Source: Nitrospinales bacterium (GTDB taxonomy: Bacteria > Nitrospinota > Nitrospinia > Nitrospinales > JAJDAT01). Taken from it: 32,418 nt of DNA. The notes beneath the pieces are model-generated. The model made no database searches and had not been told where the DNA came from. It worked only from the letters and a program-made list of their open reading frames with translations. Each line of letters begins with the position of its first letter. Positions within the stretch are counted from its first letter, which is position 1. The stretch lies in assembly GCA_046757665.1 (NCBI GenBank), contig JBHHYO010000024.1:1-32418 (forward strand), read 5' to 3'. Made by a program: the position numbers and the translations under genes. Shown here piece after piece: positions 18,501 through 28,625 of the stretch.

Positions 18501-18840
18501 TCAAAACATGCTCCGGGACGAAACCGGGCAGTGGATTCTGAAACATCACCGCGAACGCCGCTCCGAGTTTCCTCTGACGGGATATCTGGCCGGCGGTTAT
18601 GAAAACCGTGTTATCGACCGCACCTTCGTCGATGACAACGATGTGCGCTGGATCATCGATTACAAAACCGGAGAACATCAAGGAACGGAGCTGGAGGCTT
18701 TTTTTGAAGAAGAGAAAAAAAGATACCGGCGGCAACTGCGGGAGTATGAACAGCTGATTCGCCTTGGCGGCGAGACCCGCGACATCAGAAAGGCTTTGTA
18801 CTATCCCATGCACAACCGGTTGATAGAAATCGTCGAGTAA
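15511..18840 (+). CDS. AddA-like UvrD helicase with a C-terminal RecB-type nuclease
   Basis: APAGSGKT, TFTRKAAAEM, TIDSF, LVDEYQDT, VGDPMQSIYRFR, NFRS, MTMHKAKGLEF and YVAATRAK. Nuclease motif IDR...IIDYKTG...QLREY. Confidence 0.92.
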   Translation: MTSIGDAQQREQALDPSRSFIVQAPAGSGKTELLIQRYLKLLGFVEYPEQILAMTFTRKAAAEMKVRILKALENGRSDTPPASEHEKRTWELARKALEHDRKRQWRLLDNASRLRIQTIDSFCRALAVQMPLLTRLGEPPTAEENAEDLYRETARRALQLVESDTPEGEVMRSLLSHLDNSQSAFLQGMIDLLGKRAQWLTDFFQKLSLDEQTKTKLENVLKDLIEDKLNRVATLFPPEIAGPLPALASFSAKNLADANPEYAGACLIGLRALPSPTVADLPQWKALARLLTTDGGAYRKTGGVNAKIGFPSGKSDPEKTMKADFRALLELLEDREELEEALQEIKALPQPSFSDGEWNNLRALILLLSRLAKILRDVFGEHGKTDFTEIILSALDALGGASDPSDLLLKLDMKLQHILVDEYQDTSFKQHQLLKTLISGWMRGDGRSLFLVGDPMQSIYRFRDAEVGLFLDARDKGIGDIQLTPLTLKTNFRSQGKIVAWVNECFGEVFPKADDPILGAIRHSQSQAARPEDDLPGVVLHSLEESKTSEEADSIVELIRGIRANHETESIAVLVRARRHLPAIVHALQENHIPFQAEEIYSLDTRPAILDLLALMRSLLFPQDRLSWLAILRAPWCGLALEDLHRLCHDDTSSPIWALLNDCERLARLSTDGQTRVSRFVAIMANALECRSATNPRDLVEGCWIALGGPACVDGAALQDAEVFFDKISEMIEEGHTDRLEYFESRLKNIYAAAGAGVVGAVNIMTMHKAKGLEFDFVILPGLGKQPRSPKQRLLFWIPHGENLLIAPIQERGGARSEIYDFLALLDKKKESLETFRLLYVAATRAKKQLHLFGHVPIKNGERKPTANSLLQKLWPYVQRQWPPTGAAHETPASGQTPSIRAPVIQRLPADFPGVTPMLQTSSEPEDETSPEFVWAGNQARCLGTVLHLVFQDLAGPDARTRMSAEQLKPALAAALLGEGLPHGQLENAVADALRAIQNMLRDETGQWILKHHRERRSEFPLTGYLAGGYENRVIDRTFVDDNDVRWIIDYKTGEHQGTELEAFFEEEKKRYRRQLREYEQLIRLGGETRDIRKALYYPMHNRLIEIVE

Positions 18841-19076
18841 AACGCCGCCTGGATCGGCGAAAAAGTTTGGCAAATGCCGTCTTGCGGCTTAATGAAAAGA
18901 AATTAATGAACCTTGTTTTCTTCCGGGCACATCTTTTATGAAAGACGCCTCAAAGCAATGGAGGTTTTCCGCCTGTATTTTTTCGAGAATTTTGCAAGAT
19001 AGGGTGTAATGTTTGCGGATTTTATTCTACTATAATAGAAGCTAAGAAAATGGATCATTGATCCGGGGAGGACAAC

Positions 19077-19505
19077 ATGAAATATCATACGCCATTAAAT
19101 ATCGCAATTCTGGCTCTGTTTGTTTTTGCAAGTTTTTCTTCGGCCGCCGCAAATGTGGCTGAAACGGATGACGGAACAATGACGTTTCTTAAGGACCCCG
19201 GCGGCAAAACACTGGCGGTTTCTTTCTGTTCCGTTACGCATAGAGACGGAAGCACCGATGAAGTTAAGGTCAGAAAAGACGGGTCGATCCGCATCAAGAA
19301 AAACGAATCCGGCATTCTGATCTGCGCGCGAGGTGATGACCTTCAGGGCGCGATGCTGTCCAATTATCATGGCGGCGCGGTCAACATGGTGCCGATGGAT
19401 CTGACTTTCACTGCGTTGGATGCTTACCGGCATGAGCTTCGCGGAACGGCTCAGCAGACGGTGGACATGGAGTCAATCGGTCTGGGAGGTATATGGGCTA
19501 ATTGA
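19077..19505 (+). CDS. Hypothetical secreted protein
   Basis: GGGGAGG RBS, a Sec-type signal peptide (…FSSAAA) and TATAAT at 19031-19036. No domain recognised. Confidence 0.7.
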   Translation: MKYHTPLNIAILALFVFASFSSAAANVAETDDGTMTFLKDPGGKTLAVSFCSVTHRDGSTDEVKVRKDGSIRIKKNESGILICARGDDLQGAMLSNYHGGAVNMVPMDLTFTALDAYRHELRGTAQQTVDMESIGLGGIWAN

Positions 19506-19615
19506 TCAAAAAGTCCACGAGGTGGGTTTATTTCCCGCGAACCATAAAAAATATTGTTTCGGCTGTTTTTGATCCTGGTGTATGAGCATCGTTGACCTTA
19601 ATTAAATTTGAAGTC

Positions 19616-20002
19616 ATGGCGCTGATTCTAAACCCGAAAATCATGCTGGTCGATGACGAGAGGCTGGTAAGGCAGACAGCGAAAGCTTTTCTGTACAAGC
19701 TGGGTTTTGACAACATCATAGAGGCCAATGACGGAATGGTTGCCTGGTTGCGGTTGAAGCAGGAGAAGGTCGATCTGATTATTGCCGATTGGGATATGCC
19801 GACACTGGATGGTCTGGAGTTTCTCAAGAAAATCCGGTCGGATGAAAAGTTAAAGAAGGTTCCCTTTCTTATTCTGACGGCTCATGGCGAAAAGGATCGG
19901 GTGATACAAGCCGTCCAGGCAGGCGCCACCAACTATATTGTCAAACCGGTGACGCGAAAAGTCCTGAAAGAGAAAATCAAGCCTCTTTTAAGATCCGATT
20001 GA
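19616..20002 (+). CDS. Stand-alone CheY-like response regulator
   Basis: IMLVDD, DLIIADWDMPTLDGLE (phospho-acceptor Asp), LTA and NYIVKP. No output domain. Confidence 0.9.
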   Translation: MALILNPKIMLVDDERLVRQTAKAFLYKLGFDNIIEANDGMVAWLRLKQEKVDLIIADWDMPTLDGLEFLKKIRSDEKLKKVPFLILTAHGEKDRVIQAVQAGATNYIVKPVTRKVLKEKIKPLLRSD

Positions 20003-20068
20003 ACCCCGGCTTCGCCGCATTTATCTCTCCCGGGATTTCCTCTGACAAAACCCGCCACGCCAAATGGT

Positions 20069-22708
20069 TTACTTTGGCGCCTTCTCGAAGACAAAGCTAT
20101 CTTCCGATCCATTGGTGACAATGTGGATATGATCGCCTTCGACGAATTTTTCGCGCAGGATGTGCAGGGACAGGGGGTCTTGCAGATATTTCTGGATTGC
20201 GCGTTTAAGGGGTCGGGCGCCGTAAACGGAATCGTATCCCCGGCGCGCCAGCGATTCCTTTACCGCATCGCTTAAAGAGAGCGTCATCTTTTTCTCGGCC
20301 AGCCGTCGCCGCAGGTCGCCCATCTGAATTTCCACAATTTCCTTGATTTGTGCGCGTCCCAGGCTGTTGAAGATGACAATCTCATCGATACGGTTTAAAA
20401 ATTCGGGTCGGAAATGGTTTCTCAATTCCGAATGGACCTCCTGATAAATTTTTTCATCCCGGGCCAAAATCGCGGCGCCACTGTCCGCGCTGTCTTCCTC
20501 GATCCGGGCTCCAGCTTCCTGAATTTGCCTGCCGGCGAGGTTGGAGGTCATCAGAATAAGCGTATTTTTGAAATCGACGGTTTTCCCTTGTCCGTCGGTT
20601 AAGCGGCCTTCGTCCATGATCTGCAAAAACAGGTTGAAGACGTCCGGGTGGGCTTTTTCGATTTCGTCGAACAACAGCACGGAATAAGGTTTGCGGCGCA
20701 CGTGTTCCGTCAGATATCCCCCTTCTTCATAGCCCACGTAACCGGGTGGCGCGCCGATCAACCGCGCCATGGCATGTTTTTCCATGTATTCGGACATGTC
20801 CACGCGGATCATGGACTGATCGTCATCAAACAAAAACTCGGCCAGGGACCGGGCCAGTTGCGTTTTACCCACGCCCGTGGGACCGAGAAATAAAAACGTG
20901 CCGATGGGCCGATTGGGGTCCTGCAACCCGGAGCGTGCTCGGCGGATAGCGTTGGCAACCAACTCAACCGCTTCGTCCTGTCCCACCACCTGGCGGCGCA
21001 AATGGTCCTCCATGTTCAGTAAACGGTCTTTTTCGGTTTGCAACATCTTGTCGACTGGAATCCCCGTCCACCGCGATACGATGAGAGCGATATCTTCCGC
21101 GCCCACTTCTTCGGTCAGCACCTTTTTGCCGGATTGAAGTTTGCCGAGATGTTTTTGCAGGTTCTCCAACTCGTGAGTCAGTCGTGGCAGAGTCCCGTAT
21201 CTCAGTTCCGCGGCGGTTTCCAGGTTGCCCTGGCGTTCGGCATTTTCCGCCTCGCGCCGCGTCTGTTCGATTTTTTCCTTCAAGGCGCGTTTTTCTTCGA
21301 TCACTTTCTTTTCGTTTTTCCACTGAGCCTTCAGCGTTTCACACGATTGCTTGAGTTGGGTGATTTGGCCGCTGATCGAGTCCAGACGGTTCCGGGAATC
21401 GGCATCGTCTTCCTTTTTGAGAGCTTCGCGCTCGATTTCCAACTGTGTGATCTTTCTTTGGAAGCGGTCGATTTCGACGGGCATGGAATCGATTTGCATT
21501 CTCAGCCGCGAGGCGGCCTCATCGATCAGGTCGATCGCCTTGTCGGGAAGGAAGCGGTCGGTGATGTAACGGTGCGACAGTTTGGCGGCGGCAAGGATCG
21601 CCGCGTCCTGAATTCTCACGCCATGATGTACCTCGTATTTTTCCTTCAGCCCGCGCAGGATGGAGACCGTATCCTCCACCGCCGGCTCCTCGACCATGAC
21701 CGGTTGAAATCTTCTTTCCAGTGCGGCGTCTTTTTCGATATGCTTGCGGTACTCGGCGAGCGTTGTGGCGCCGACGCAATGTAACTCGCCGCGGGCCAGG
21801 GCGGGTTTCAGCATGTTGGAAGCGTCCATGGCCCCGGAAACGGCGCCCGCGCCCACCAGAGTGTGCATCTCGTCGATAAACAGGATGATCTCCCCTGCGC
21901 TACCGTTGATTTCTTTCAGTACTGTTTTCAAGCGGTCTTCGAACTCGCCGCGGTATTTTGTCCCGGCGACCAGGGCGGAAAGATCGAGGGCGAGAATGCG
22001 CTTGTCCTTCAAGCCTTCCGGCACGTCCCGATGAACGATCCGTTGCGCCAGGCCCTCGACGATGGCGGTTTTGCCCACGCCCGGTTCGCCGATCAAAACC
22101 GGGTTGTTCTTGGTCCTTCGGGAAAGCACCTGAACCACGCGGCGGATTTCTTCATCGCGTCCGATGACCGGGTCCAGTTTTTCCGACCGGGCCCGCTCCG
22201 TGAGGTCGATGCAGTATTTTTTCAATACCTGGTATTTTTCTTCGGGATTCTGGTCCGTCACCCGCTGGTTGCCGCGTATTTCCATCAGAGCTTTCAACAG
22301 AGTGTCCCGCTTGATGCCGTGGGTCGAAAAAATTTTTCCCGCGCCGGTTTTTTTGTTTTCCGCGACGGCCAGCAAAACGTGCTCGGCGCTGACGAATTCA
22401 TCTTTCATCTGTTGCGCTTCTTTAAATGCGCTGTCGAAAATATCCTTCAACTCCCGGGACAGGTAGACTTGTGGCGAGGTTCCGGAAACCCGAGGGTAAC
22501 GTGACCGTTTTTCGTCCAGGTCGGCGGTCAACCGGTCGATATTCACGCCCGTTTTTTTCATGATCGCCTGGCCCACTCCATTCGGGTCTTTCAGCAGGTG
22601 CAACAGCAAATGCTCGCACTCCAGGCTCTGCTGGTTTTCCTGCTCGCACAGCGCCTGAGCCCCGTTGAGCGCTTCTTGCAATTTAATGGTCATCTTGTCA
22701 AAACGCAT
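20069..22708 (-). CDS. clpB: ATP-dependent chaperone ClpB
   Basis: Two AAA+ modules ([16 protein letters not shown]), a coiled-coil M domain, GAPPGYVGY and [11 protein letters not shown] at 22708 with GGAGG RBS. Confidence 0.97.
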   Translation of the reverse strand: MRFDKMTIKLQEALNGAQALCEQENQQSLECEHLLLHLLKDPNGVGQAIMKKTGVNIDRLTADLDEKRSRYPRVSGTSPQVYLSRELKDIFDSAFKEAQQMKDEFVSAEHVLLAVAENKKTGAGKIFSTHGIKRDTLLKALMEIRGNQRVTDQNPEEKYQVLKKYCIDLTERARSEKLDPVIGRDEEIRRVVQVLSRRTKNNPVLIGEPGVGKTAIVEGLAQRIVHRDVPEGLKDKRILALDLSALVAGTKYRGEFEDRLKTVLKEINGSAGEIILFIDEMHTLVGAGAVSGAMDASNMLKPALARGELHCVGATTLAEYRKHIEKDAALERRFQPVMVEEPAVEDTVSILRGLKEKYEVHHGVRIQDAAILAAAKLSHRYITDRFLPDKAIDLIDEAASRLRMQIDSMPVEIDRFQRKITQLEIEREALKKEDDADSRNRLDSISGQITQLKQSCETLKAQWKNEKKVIEEKRALKEKIEQTRREAENAERQGNLETAAELRYGTLPRLTHELENLQKHLGKLQSGKKVLTEEVGAEDIALIVSRWTGIPVDKMLQTEKDRLLNMEDHLRRQVVGQDEAVELVANAIRRARSGLQDPNRPIGTFLFLGPTGVGKTQLARSLAEFLFDDDQSMIRVDMSEYMEKHAMARLIGAPPGYVGYEEGGYLTEHVRRKPYSVLLFDEIEKAHPDVFNLFLQIMDEGRLTDGQGKTVDFKNTLILMTSNLAGRQIQEAGARIEEDSADSGAAILARDEKIYQEVHSELRNHFRPEFLNRIDEIVIFNSLGRAQIKEIVEIQMGDLRRRLAEKKMTLSLSDAVKESLARRGYDSVYGARPLKRAIQKYLQDPLSLHILREKFVEGDHIHIVTNGSEDSFVFEKAPK

Positions 22709-22751
22709 AAACACGGTCCTCCTTCGGGCAAAAATAGACTCTCTTACAACC

Positions 22752-22780
22752 TGAATAAGACCGGGAGGATCGTTTGTCAA
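22752..22780 (-). promoter_or_regulatory. Putative sigma70 promoter of clpB
   Basis: TTGACA (22780-22775), a 17-nt spacer, then TATTCA (22757-22752). Confidence 0.5.
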
Positions 22781-22834
22781 GGCGAGGGAAGGGCGGGGGG
22801 CACCGCGGTCGGACCATATCCGCGGAGTTTCAGA

Positions 22835-23785
22835 TCAGACGATATTCTGTTCGGCGAGCCAGCGTTCCGCTTCCAGGGCGGCGGCGCAACCCGTACCGGC
22901 GGCGGTCACCGCTTGCCGGTATCTCGCGTCGTGCACGTCGCCGGCGGCGAACACGCCGGCAACACTGGTCATCTGGGTTCCCGGTTGCAGTGTGATATAG
23001 CCCTTTTCATCGAGATCGACCTGGCCCTTGAACACGGCCGTGTTGGGAGTGTGGCCGATGGCGTAGAAAATACCCGAGACCTCAATTTCCCGCACCGCCT
23101 CGGTTTTCAGGTTTTTCACCTTGGCGCCGGTTACAAAAGTGTCGCCGACGGCGTCGAGAAAAATCGTGTCCCAGAGGATTTCGATTTTTGGATTGTCGAA
23201 CGCCCGCTGTTGCATGATCTTGGAAGCGCGCAACTGGTCCCTGCGGTGGACCATATAAACGTGACTGCCGAATTTCGTGAGGTAGGAGGCTTCCTCGACG
23301 GCGGTATCGCCGCCGCCGATGACCATCAGCGGCCGGTTGCGGAAGAAGGGCAGAGCCCCGTCGCACACGGCGCAGGCGGACATGCCGTTGTTCCACATGG
23401 TGGCCTCGCTGGGGACCCCCATTCGCCTGGCGGTGGCGCCCGTGGCGATAATCACGGCGTGCGCCCGGACTTCGGTCTGGTCCGACTTGACGGTGAACGG
23501 CCGGTTGCGGAAATCGACCTCGCAAACATCTTCGCGCACCATTTCCGTACCGAAGCGGGCGGCCTGCTTGCGGAACAATTCCATCAATTCCGGTCCGTTG
23601 ATGCCCTCGGGGAAACCGGGATAGTTTTCCACGTCGGTTGTGGTGGTCAACTGTCCGCCCGCGGACCCTCCCACCACAAATCCTTCAAACATGAAAGGCG
23701 GCAGGTTGGCCCGGGCGCAGTAAATGGCCGCGGTATGCCCGGCGGGGCCGGAACCGATGATGACGATGTTCTTTATATCCGACAT
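22835..23785 (-). CDS. trxB: Thioredoxin-disulfide reductase
   Basis: IIGSGPAG, GGQL...VENYPG, active site CAVCD, GGGDTA, HRRD and FAAGDV...YRQAVTAAG. Confidence 0.97.
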   Translation of the reverse strand: MSDIKNIVIIGSGPAGHTAAIYCARANLPPFMFEGFVVGGSAGGQLTTTTDVENYPGFPEGINGPELMELFRKQAARFGTEMVREDVCEVDFRNRPFTVKSDQTEVRAHAVIIATGATARRMGVPSEATMWNNGMSACAVCDGALPFFRNRPLMVIGGGDTAVEEASYLTKFGSHVYMVHRRDQLRASKIMQQRAFDNPKIEILWDTIFLDAVGDTFVTGAKVKNLKTEAVREIEVSGIFYAIGHTPNTAVFKGQVDLDEKGYITLQPGTQMTSVAGVFAAGDVHDARYRQAVTAAGTGCAAALEAERWLAEQNIV

Positions 23786-23800
23786 GTGATTTGCACCTCC

Positions 23801-24550
23801 CTAGGGAAGAGATTTCGCACAGCGAAAACCCAGGTCGGCGAAACGCCGGCCGGGCAGACGCGCCAGCCGGTCCTGGACTCGCAAATAATGCGGCGGCGAA
23901 TTCCATGAGCCGCCGCGTACCACTTTCTCCTTGCCGGAATCCGGCCCGCGTGGATTCACCTGAATCTCCCGCGTTTCATAAGGCCCGTACCAATCCCGGG
24001 TCCATTCGTAGACATTGCCCAGCATATCGTACAGTCCGTGCGAATTGGGCGGCAGGCCGCCGACATCCTGCGGTGCGCCAGCGCCGTAGGCGCGGCCATA
24101 GTACGCGCCGCCGAGGTCTTCCGACTGGGCGGCTTTTTCCCATTCCGCCTCGGTGGGTAGCCTGGCCTCAATCCACCGGCAATAAGCCTCCGCATCGGCC
24201 CAGGTCACAAACACTACGGGTTGGCCGGGCCGGGTGAAATCCCGGGGCCGGGTGTCATGCAGAATGTTCGGCGCGCAAACCTCCGCCTCCACGCATTTAT
24301 TATACTCGGCATTGGTCACCTCGTGCCGGGCGATCGCATACCGGTCCAGCCGCACCCGGTGAGGCGTTTCATCGGCGCACCAGTCGGAGTTGGACTGCAT
24401 CTCGGCGCAATAGTTGCCGCCCATGACAAATTCCCCGGCTTCAATCGTCACCCACCGGTCGCTCGCAGAAACCGCGGTCGTCGCACAGCATAGCATGATC
24501 AAAATGAAAAACCCGCGGCTTGCGAGCAGGTGGGTTGCGGGTTGTTTCAT
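23801..24550 (-). CDS. Exported FGE-sulfatase fold protein (second paralog)
   Basis: Signal peptide. HEVTNAEY, PVVFVTWADA, RLPTEAEWEKAA, DMLGNVYEW, RGGSW and LGFRC. Confidence 0.88.
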   Translation of the reverse strand: MKQPATHLLASRGFFILIMLCCATTAVSASDRWVTIEAGEFVMGGNYCAEMQSNSDWCADETPHRVRLDRYAIARHEVTNAEYNKCVEAEVCAPNILHDTRPRDFTRPGQPVVFVTWADAEAYCRWIEARLPTEAEWEKAAQSEDLGGAYYGRAYGAGAPQDVGGLPPNSHGLYDMLGNVYEWTRDWYGPYETREIQVNPRGPDSGKEKVVRGGSWNSPPHYLRVQDRLARLPGRRFADLGFRCAKSLP

Positions 24551-24559
24551 GGCTCAATT

Positions 24560-25888
24560 TCATTCGGACAAGGTTTCGAGAATCGTGTCGCGAACCTTGT
24601 TGTAATCCGAGGGCAATTCGATGGGCTGATAAGCGTATTCCGACTTCACTCCGGGAAGTTGATCTGTATGGTACTTGTAAAGAAAGTCGGTAAACTTCAA
24701 TCCGTTGGCGGTTGAAATGACCACGACGCGGTGGTTGCTGTGGATCACCCCGCGGGCCACGAGTTTTTCCAGGACAGCCAGGGCCACGCCGGTATGCGGA
24801 CAACACAGCAAGCCGGTGCGGTTAGCTTTGCCGACAACATTGGCCAATTCATTTTCCGTCGCTTCCTCGACGATGCCGTCAAACGCCTTCAGGATGCGAA
24901 TGGCTTTTTTAATGCTGACCGGCGCGCCGATCTGGATTGCGCTGGCGGCGGTTTTCCTGGCCTGGATCGGTTTGTATTCCGTATAGCCGGTTTTAAAACT
25001 TCGATACAACGGATCGGCTCTCTCCGCCTGGGCGCACACCAGGCGCGGCAATTTGTCGATCAATCCCAGGTCATGGAGCATCTGAAATCCCTTGCCCACC
25101 GCGCTGACGTTTCCCAGGTTGCCGCCGGGGACGATGACGAAGTCCGGCACCTCCCAGTCGAATTGCTGAACCAGCTCGAGACTGATGGTCTTTTGTCCTT
25201 CGATACGCAGTGAGTTCATCGAGTTGGCCAGATAAATGTCCTCCTTTTTGCAAATTTCCTGGACGATTTTCATACAACCGTCAAAGTCCGTATCCAGTGA
25301 GAGAGTCAAAACCCCATGCGTGATCGGCTGGATCAACTGCGGCAGTGAGACCTTGTTTTTGGGCAGAAACACGATGGCGGGGATTCCGGCCACGGCACAA
25401 TAGGAGGCCAGCGCCGCCGAGGTGTCCCCCGTCGAAGCGCAGGCTACGGCGCGGATTTTTTTGCCGTCGGCGATCATTTGCTTGACCATGGAGACCAGAA
25501 CGGTCATTCCCAGGTCTTTGAACGACCCGGTATGCGCCATGCCGCACTGCTTGATCCACAGGTCCTCCAGGCCGATCTGCTTTCCGTATCGATCCGCCCA
25601 GAAAAGGTTGCTGGCGCCTTCGTAGGTGGAAACGATGTTGTCGTTGTCCACGTTCGGGCAAACCAGCTCCTTCTTTCCCCAGACGCTACTGCCGTAAGGC
25701 CACTCGTGTTTCCGGTAACGTTGCTCGAACAGCTCCTTCCATTGCTTTGGCGACCGCGATTTCAGTTGATCCATGTCATGTTGCACCTCCAGCAGGTCAC
25801 CGCAACGGGGACAGCGATAAATGATCTCCGTCAACTCATGCAGGCCGGGGCAACCGGCGATACATTGAAACCAGGCTTTGAATTTCAT
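24560..25888 (-). CDS. thrC: Threonine synthase
   Basis: PLP-lysine motif [31 protein letters not shown] and PGGNLGN. Its start overlaps the hom stop (ATGA). Confidence 0.95.
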   Translation of the reverse strand: MKFKAWFQCIAGCPGLHELTEIIYRCPRCGDLLEVQHDMDQLKSRSPKQWKELFEQRYRKHEWPYGSSVWGKKELVCPNVDNDNIVSTYEGASNLFWADRYGKQIGLEDLWIKQCGMAHTGSFKDLGMTVLVSMVKQMIADGKKIRAVACASTGDTSAALASYCAVAGIPAIVFLPKNKVSLPQLIQPITHGVLTLSLDTDFDGCMKIVQEICKKEDIYLANSMNSLRIEGQKTISLELVQQFDWEVPDFVIVPGGNLGNVSAVGKGFQMLHDLGLIDKLPRLVCAQAERADPLYRSFKTGYTEYKPIQARKTAASAIQIGAPVSIKKAIRILKAFDGIVEEATENELANVVGKANRTGLLCCPHTGVALAVLEKLVARGVIHSNHRVVVISTANGLKFTDFLYKYHTDQLPGVKSEYAYQPIELPSDYNKVRDTILETLSE

Positions 25889-27195
25889 GTTCCACTCTCA
25901 ACGCGGATTAAACGGGTCTCCCGGCAAACCACTTCCTGCTGATCGATTTTCCGCAGGGCTTCCCGGACATTTTTTTCCCGGGCCTCATGGGTCATCAATA
26001 CCAGCGGCACACCGTCGCCATTCCGGTCGCGGCCCTTTTGAATGACCGATTTGATGCTGATGGAATGATCGCCCAGGATGCCGGAGATGACGGAGAGGAC
26101 GTTCGGTTGGTCCATCACGCGAAGCCGCAGGAAGTATTCGCATTCGATATCGCTGATATTTTTTATGGGGATATTTTTGATGGCGGATGGTTGAAACGCC
26201 CTCGTCGGCACCCTGCCGGAAGCTCCCGAAAGGATGTTGCGGCTGATCTCCGCCACGTCGCCCAGCACGGCGCATCCCGTGGGCAGGGCGCCCGCCCCGT
26301 GGCCCACAAGAATATTTTTCTCCATCCACTCGTCGCCTACCCAAACCGCGTTCAGCACGCCGCCGACATTCGCCAGGGGGTTGTCCGCGGGAATCATGGT
26401 CGGGTGAACCCGGACGTCGATCGCTTCACCGTCCATTTTGGAAATCGCCAACAGCTTGATCTTGTACCCGAAGTCCCCGGCATATTGAATATCCTCGCTC
26501 GTGATTCCGGAAATCCCCTGGACAAAAATGTCTTCGAAATTCACCCCCGTGCCGTAAGCCAGGCGGGTGAGAATGGCGATCTTGTGAGCAGAGTCGATGC
26601 CCTCGATATCGAAAGTCGGGTCGGCCTCGGCAAACCCCTGGGCCTGTGCTTCCTTCAGGGCCGTGTCGAAATCCCGGCCGCCGTCGGACATTTGGCTGAG
26701 AATATAATTGGCCGTGCCATTGACGATCCCGCCGATGGACTTGAAGCGGGTGGCGACAAAGGACTCGCGCAGGGATCGGATAATGGGGATGGCCCCGCCG
26801 ACGGAAGCTTCGTAGCCCAGGCAGAGATTTTTTTCCTCCACGGCGGAAAAAATCTCGTCGCCGTGTTTGGCCAGCAGGGCCTTGTTGGCCGTGACCACAT
26901 GTTTGCCGTTTGCCACGGCTTTCAGAATAAATGACCGGGCCGGTTCCAGTCCGCCGATCAGTTCCACCACGATGTCGATTTCGGGATGATCGAGCAGATC
27001 GTCGGCGTTGGTGGTCAGGACGTGCCGGGCGACGGGGACGCCGCGGTCGCTCTTGATATCCAGGTCGGCTATCTTGACCAGCTTGATGGTCGCGCCCAGC
27101 CGCCGCTCGATCAAAAAATTGGTCTGCGAGAGAATTTTCACGACCCCCGCGCCCACGGTGCCGAAGCCGATCAACCCCAGTCGAATGGTTTTCAT
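25885..27195 (-). CDS. hom: Homoserine dehydrogenase with a C-terminal ACT domain
   Basis: [38 protein letters not shown] and [14 protein letters not shown] at 27195. Confidence 0.96.
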   Translation of the reverse strand: MKTIRLGLIGFGTVGAGVVKILSQTNFLIERRLGATIKLVKIADLDIKSDRGVPVARHVLTTNADDLLDHPEIDIVVELIGGLEPARSFILKAVANGKHVVTANKALLAKHGDEIFSAVEEKNLCLGYEASVGGAIPIIRSLRESFVATRFKSIGGIVNGTANYILSQMSDGGRDFDTALKEAQAQGFAEADPTFDIEGIDSAHKIAILTRLAYGTGVNFEDIFVQGISGITSEDIQYAGDFGYKIKLLAISKMDGEAIDVRVHPTMIPADNPLANVGGVLNAVWVGDEWMEKNILVGHGAGALPTGCAVLGDVAEISRNILSGASGRVPTRAFQPSAIKNIPIKNISDIECEYFLRLRVMDQPNVLSVISGILGDHSISIKSVIQKGRDRNGDGVPLVLMTHEAREKNVREALRKIDQQEVVCRETRLIRVESGT

Positions 27196-27226
27196 GGCAT
27201 TGATGATTTGAAAAATGTTTGCGGCA

Positions 27227-28393
27227 TCAGAAAATTTCCCTGAGACCGCGAATCGCCTGGCGGGTGCGGTGCTCGTTTTCCACCAGGGCGAATCGGACGA
27301 AATGGTCACCGCTGGCGCCAAATCCGATCCCCGGCGAAACCCCCACCTTGGCTTTTTCGATCAGCATCTTGGAAAACTCCAGCGAACCCATCGGCTTGTA
27401 TTGATCCGGGATTTCCGCCCAGACAAACATGGTGGCTTTCGGCTTGTCCACTTGCCATCCCAGCCGGTTCAACCCTTCGCACAAAACGTCGCGACGGCTT
27501 TTATAGACATTGCAAATTTCCCGGGTGCAATCGTCGGACTCGTTCAGGGCAATAATGGAAGCGATCTGGATCGGCTGAAATATCCCGTAATCCTGGTAGC
27601 TTTTCAATCGCGACAAGGCATGAATGATATCACGGTTGCCGACCACATACCCGACCCGCCAACCGGGCATATTATAACTTTTGGACATCGTGAAGATTTC
27701 TACGCCAACCTCCTTGGCTCCGGGAACCTGCAAAAAACTGGGAGCCTGGTAGCCGTCAAACGTAATGTCCGCGTACGCAAAATCATGGATCACGATCAAG
27801 TCGTGCTCTTTGGCAAAGGCGACGACTTTCTCGAAAAAACTTTTATCCACAACCTCCGTCGTCGGGTTGTGGGGGAAATTGATCGTCAACACCTTGGGCG
27901 CCGGCAGGTTTCGTTTGAAAGCTTCCAGCAGGGTTTCAAAAAAATCCGTCTCCCGCGACAAGGGAACATGAATCACATCCCCATCGGCCAAAATAAAAGC
28001 ATAGGTATGGATCGGATACGTCGGCGTTGGCACAAGCACCGAATCGCCCGGGTTGGAAATGACCAGCGCCAGGTGAGAGATGCCTTCCTTGGATCCGATG
28101 GTGGCGATTGCCTCGGTTTCCGGATCGATGTCCACCTGGAATCGCCGTTTGTACCAGTTCGCGATGGCCAGCCGCAGTTTGGGAATGCCCTTGGACTGCG
28201 AGTACCGATGGTTGGCCCCTTTGCGCGCCGCCTCGCACAGCTTCTCAACAATATGAGGCGGCGTCGGCATGTCCGGGTTGCCCATGCCAAAGTCGATGAT
28301 GTCTTCTCCGCGCCGCCGCGCCAGCAACTTCAGTTCGTTGACGGTGTTGAACACGTAAGGCGGTAGTCGATTGATTCTGTGAAATTCTCTCAT
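27227..28393 (-). CDS. alaC: Class I/II PLP aminotransferase, AlaC (YfdZ)-like
   Basis: [40 protein letters not shown] and [10 protein letters not shown]. Upstream of hom-thrC. ATG at 28393. Confidence 0.8.
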   Translation of the reverse strand: MREFHRINRLPPYVFNTVNELKLLARRRGEDIIDFGMGNPDMPTPPHIVEKLCEAARKGANHRYSQSKGIPKLRLAIANWYKRRFQVDIDPETEAIATIGSKEGISHLALVISNPGDSVLVPTPTYPIHTYAFILADGDVIHVPLSRETDFFETLLEAFKRNLPAPKVLTINFPHNPTTEVVDKSFFEKVVAFAKEHDLIVIHDFAYADITFDGYQAPSFLQVPGAKEVGVEIFTMSKSYNMPGWRVGYVVGNRDIIHALSRLKSYQDYGIFQPIQIASIIALNESDDCTREICNVYKSRRDVLCEGLNRLGWQVDKPKATMFVWAEIPDQYKPMGSLEFSKMLIEKAKVGVSPGIGFGASGDHFVRFALVENEHRTRQAIRGLREIF

Positions 28394-28625
28394 GGACCTT
28401 TGCCGGGCGTCGCAAGAACAACGCTCCCCGCGCCGCGTCATAAACTTGGGAATCGGGGATATGACGGCAATCCGGTCGGCGAAAAATAGTGAATGCCCCA
28501 AAGCGGAATGTCGGATTCGGGGAGATGTTTTTTCAGTCGGATATTTTGAAAATGCAAGATATCACAAATTGCCGAACCCGGCAAAGGATAAAAGCGTGTC
28601 CGGCAACGCCGCGCCGCCGGCCCGG

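Noticed and set aside
12842..18840. Helicase-nuclease pair as an anti-phage defence system or Cas4-linked locus
   Set aside because: The architecture fits housekeeping AddAB-type repair, the context is core genes, and there are no cas genes or arrays.
18866..18887. TGGCA...TTGC as a sigma54 promoter
   Set aside because: The GG-to-GC spacing is 13 nt rather than the required 10.
22709..22834. Heat-shock operator (CIRCE or HAIR) upstream of clpB
   Set aside because: No TTAGCACTC-N9-GAGTGCTAA or CTTGAGT-N7-ACTCAAG match was seen.
22598..23908. Long antisense ORFs (also 357-1247, 5592-6560, 15256-16359, 25987-26934, 27215-28366, 31249-32310)
   Set aside because: They lie opposite well-supported genes and have no motifs. 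Such ORFs are expected from codon bias in GC-rich DNA.
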